The position numbers were made by a program, and so were the translations under genes. This document shows, piece after piece, positions 23,567-26,033 of a stretch of 26,033 nucleotides of DNA (the first letter of the stretch is position 1; the number at the start of each line of letters is the position of its first letter). A model generated the notes under the pieces. It saw nothing but the letters and a program-made list of their open reading frames with translations, searched no databases and was not told the origin of the DNA. The stretch spans positions 1 to 26,033 of the IMG/VR virus record IMGVR_UViG_3300046733_000226, one strand, 5' to 3'. Source of the DNA: a virus. Lineage: Duplodnaviria; Caudoviricetes.

Positions 23567-23917
23567 ATGCAATTTGAAACAGAAAATGAATTCATAAACT
23601 TCTTAGATGGTGCAAAGCACAATATGAGAAAAGATGATTTGGCCACTAGGTTCTTGTACCACTACAGGACAGAACCTGAAGTCTATCAGATGTTTGAGCA
23701 GTTCACTCTACAGTTAATATCTAAGAGGCCAGATCGCGGTTCACATTGGATGATAGGCAATAGAATGCGCTGGGAAAGCACAGTCAATTCATCAACAGAA
23801 CGCTACAAGATAACCAATGACTATCTTGGCCTTTATGCGCGATTGTTTATGGCACGTCATCCTCAACATAATGAATATTTCCAAGTGAAAGAAATGAAAA
23901 GGATTATTGGAATATGA
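23567..23917 (+). CDS. Conserved phage hypothetical protein
   Basis: AAGGG SD; P.VY..FE, RMRWE, YKI.ND...YARLFM..HP. Confidence 0.75.
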   Translation: MQFETENEFINFLDGAKHNMRKDDLATRFLYHYRTEPEVYQMFEQFTLQLISKRPDRGSHWMIGNRMRWESTVNSSTERYKITNDYLGLYARLFMARHPQHNEYFQVKEMKRIIGI

Positions 23918-24111
23918 TACAAAGTAAATGGAAAAAATTGCTGTATATGCAAAAGGCTGAACGTATTGGCCTTATAATGGAACAAATTGTTCAGGGATAT
24001 ACTATGGCTGAAGCCGCTAGAGTATTGGGAATGCATCGTCAGCAATTGTATCGCTTCTGCAAAGAAAATGATTTGAAATTTATCAAGCCAACAAAAGAGG
24101 CAACAAAGTGA
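23914..24111 (+). CDS. Small Fis-type HTH protein
   Basis: TMAEAARVLGMHRQQLYR. Confidence 0.8.
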   Translation: MIQSKWKKLLYMQKAERIGLIMEQIVQGYTMAEAARVLGMHRQQLYRFCKENDLKFIKPTKEATK

Positions 24112-24290
24112 AAGAGTTGCCTTTAGAATTGAAAGATATTCACAAGAACTTAGTGGATACCTTGAATGAAAAATACACTCAATGGACAAAGAAAGATAGT
24201 CCGTTGAGTGCAAAAAAACAATACTTTGAAGCAAAGAACCAGCTTACAAAGTGGAAACAAATACAAACAGAAAGGGGATATAGAATATGA
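24108..24290 (+). CDS. Hypothetical protein (60 aa)
   Basis: GTGA/ATGA coupling on both sides; GAGG SD. Confidence 0.65.
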   Translation: MKELPLELKDIHKNLVDTLNEKYTQWTKKDSPLSAKKQYFEAKNQLTKWKQIQTERGYRI

Positions 24291-24664
24291 GTATTTCATT
24301 AAGTAATGTGGAAATTACTCTTGATAGCTTTATCAGGGCGCATGGAAGAAAACCAACTGAAGCTGAAGCATCTGCATTAATGCGGTTAAAGGCCAAGCAA
24401 GAAAAAAGGTATGGTGGTGAGGAAACTCATTCTAAGTTTGATAGGGGGCGTATATCACAACAAAAAGCAATTGCGGCCAACAAAAGAAAACAAAAAGAGT
24501 TGGATTATATTGTTGTTAATAAACAAACCATCACCATAAACAGGCTATTGGTTATGAATTTAAACAACATTCAAATTGCATATGCTCTTCACTTATCACT
24601 ACCAACTGTAGAACGGGTTGTTGATAAGTATGATTTACCTAGAGATAAATTAATATTAAAATAA
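24287..24664 (+). CDS. Protein with C-terminal HTH, possible transcriptional regulator
   Basis: LNNIQIAYALHLSLPTVERV (LuxR/sigma-4-like); last gene of the + operon. Confidence 0.65.
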   Translation: MSISLSNVEITLDSFIRAHGRKPTEAEASALMRLKAKQEKRYGGEETHSKFDRGRISQQKAIAANKRKQKELDYIVVNKQTITINRLLVMNLNNIQIAYALHLSLPTVERVVDKYDLPRDKLILK

Positions 24665-24672
24665 GAAAAAAT

Positions 24673-24760
24673 CGTGTGGGGCGCGATGAATTTAAATGTA
24701 GCGCATTTGGTAACACATCTATCTAAGTTGATTTGCCCGAACTAGATTTACGCCCCACCG
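24673..24760 (+). ncRNA. Candidate three-way-junction structured RNA
   Basis: Outer stem GTGGGGCG/CGCCCCAC enclosing TTAAATG-TAGCG-CATTTGG and ATCTA(A)GTT-N10-AACTAGAT. Confidence 0.55.
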
Positions 24761-24763
24761 AAA

Positions 24764-25003
24764 CTAAGTATCTGCATAATGCTCTGGACGCAAGCCTGCC
24801 ATTGCTGTCAACCTATTTAATTCATTTTTTCCTTTATTTGTTAATTTAGCTTCTGATTTTTCGTTAATCAAAAAATTGTTATCATATAAATCTTGCATAA
24901 TATGTTCATATGGCGTTCTTCCGCATACAAAAGCGATTAAACCACCCAATCGGGTTATTTGTCCTTGTGATAATTTTCCACGATGAGCAATTTTAGTGAT
25001 CAT
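24764..25003 (-). CDS. Hypothetical 79 aa protein, possible winged helix
   Basis: Starts 3 nt after the endolysin stop; L...NFL......LTNKG.NEL pattern. Confidence 0.65.
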   Translation of the reverse strand: MITKIAHRGKLSQGQITRLGGLIAFVCGRTPYEHIMQDLYDNNFLINEKSEAKLTNKGKNELNRLTAMAGLRPEHYADT

Positions 25004-25006
25004 TAC

Positions 25007-25828
25007 TTATCCTATTAATTTATTATATGTTTTATTTCCAACAATACCATCAGCAGTTAATCCGTTTTCCTCTTGCCATTCCATTACTTTCGCTCTTGTC
25101 ACTCTGCCGAAATGGCCATCTGCATCAAGACCCAAAGCCTCTTGAATGTCTTTTACCTGATCGCCTGTACTGCCAACCTTTAAAAGAATTGGGCTTGGCT
25201 TTGGAACATATGTGCCATCAAGTATTTCTATGGCTCTAGCGTAATGATGTTTTCTGTCTTCAATGCCTATAGTCCCACCATTAACAAGCTTGGTCATAGT
25301 AACAATATCACCATCATCTGCCGATCTATTTATGTTTCTACTATCCCAATACCAACAGGCACTATGCAAAGCACCCATTTTTGTTTCTAAATATTCTATT
25401 GCTTCTGAAATTGCCATATTCATATCATTCGCAAATCTTGTGACGTTTGAACGGCCAGTTAATTGAATGACCCCTCGACCTCGAAATTTCCAGCCATCAT
25501 TGCTTTCAGTATCACCATTTTTCATTCTATTGGCATATACTACGTTTGCTATGTCTTGAGGCTTTCTGTGATACTTCTCTGCATCTCTGCCAGCATTTTT
25601 GAAGTATTTAGGAAAGATTGCATTTAAACCTTTGGCTGAATAATTCAAATTTTCTTCTAAAACTTTAAAATTTAAACTCTCATGACCGCATTGTGCTATG
25701 AAACCAGCGATACGTGCTGGAGTATTTATTTCATATTCTGGCAATAACTTTTGCATTGGCTTTACCCAATCAGCCCAACTTGAATTTCCATGTAGTAAAT
25801 CTTTTACTTGAACATCAGTAAGTATCAT
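25007..25828 (-). CDS. Endolysin: glycoside hydrolase family 19 plus C-terminal peptidoglycan-binding domain
   Basis: AGFIAQCGHES, EENLNYSA, DGWKFRGRG.IQLTGR, VNGG..G..DR; LK.GS.G..V..IQ..L...ADG.FG..T...V..WQ...GL.ADGIVG. Confidence 0.95.
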   Translation of the reverse strand: MILTDVQVKDLLHGNSSWADWVKPMQKLLPEYEINTPARIAGFIAQCGHESLNFKVLEENLNYSAKGLNAIFPKYFKNAGRDAEKYHRKPQDIANVVYANRMKNGDTESNDGWKFRGRGVIQLTGRSNVTRFANDMNMAISEAIEYLETKMGALHSACWYWDSRNINRSADDGDIVTMTKLVNGGTIGIEDRKHHYARAIEILDGTYVPKPSPILLKVGSTGDQVKDIQEALGLDADGHFGRVTRAKVMEWQEENGLTADGIVGNKTYNKLIG

Positions 25829-25839
25829 TTTCTATTCCT

Positions 25840-26033
25840 TTATTTCTCAATTTTTTTGAGTTTTTCGACTGATCTAAGACCACCTAATCCTAACATTCCC
25901 ATCATTACAGTTAAAAGTGAACCCATATCAAAACTTGGTAATTCTGGAATTTCAACACCAGCCGCCGTAACCCCAAAGACTATAAGTGGTTGCAATACAA
26001 AATGATAAGCAAACGCAAATCCACAAACCCAAC
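25840..26033 (-). CDS. 3-TM holin (GTA holin family), C-terminal part
   Basis: WVCGFAFAYHFVLQP...LPSFDMGSLLTVMMGMLGLGGLRSVEK...*; directly upstream of the endolysin. Confidence 0.85.
   Translation of the reverse strand, partial: WVCGFAFAYHFVLQPLIVFGVTAAGVEIPELPSFDMGSLLTVMMGMLGLGGLRSVEKLKKIEK

Noticed and set aside
24673-24760. tRNA or intrinsic terminator
   Set aside because: No T-loop (TTC) or D-loop consensus, only two inner arms, and no U tract on either strand

Overview
The window holds a large part of an AT-rich tailed-phage (siphovirus-type) genome. The host is probably an alphaproteobacterium; this is inferred from the GTA-like head-tail, chaperone and holin proteins and from the promoter style. 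The minus strand at 1-16717 carries a replication initiator with an internal iteron origin, terS/terL, an HK97-type portal, MuF, prohead protease, major capsid protein, head-tail and tail genes, and the tape measure. The plus strand at 16966-24664 carries recombination genes (SSAP, SSB, NinB-like), a GNAT, an HNH-like nuclease and many small early genes, interrupted by minus-strand rusA and a phosphomannomutase-like HAD gene. The right end has a GH19 endolysin and a partial 3-TM holin. The most notable points are: (1) MuF fused through a Pro-rich linker to a HExxH metallopeptidase, followed by a candidate immunity gene; (2) a portal with about 300 extra residues in three domains separated by K|A/S sites resembling the capsid maturation site; (3) an opposite-strand five-gene cassette inside the head operon, driven by a promoter motif found five times; (4) several candidate structured RNAs; (5) a -1 frameshift in the tail chaperone. 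No integrase, repressor, tRNA or CRISPR array was seen. Family assignments come from motif recognition by eye, not database searches.
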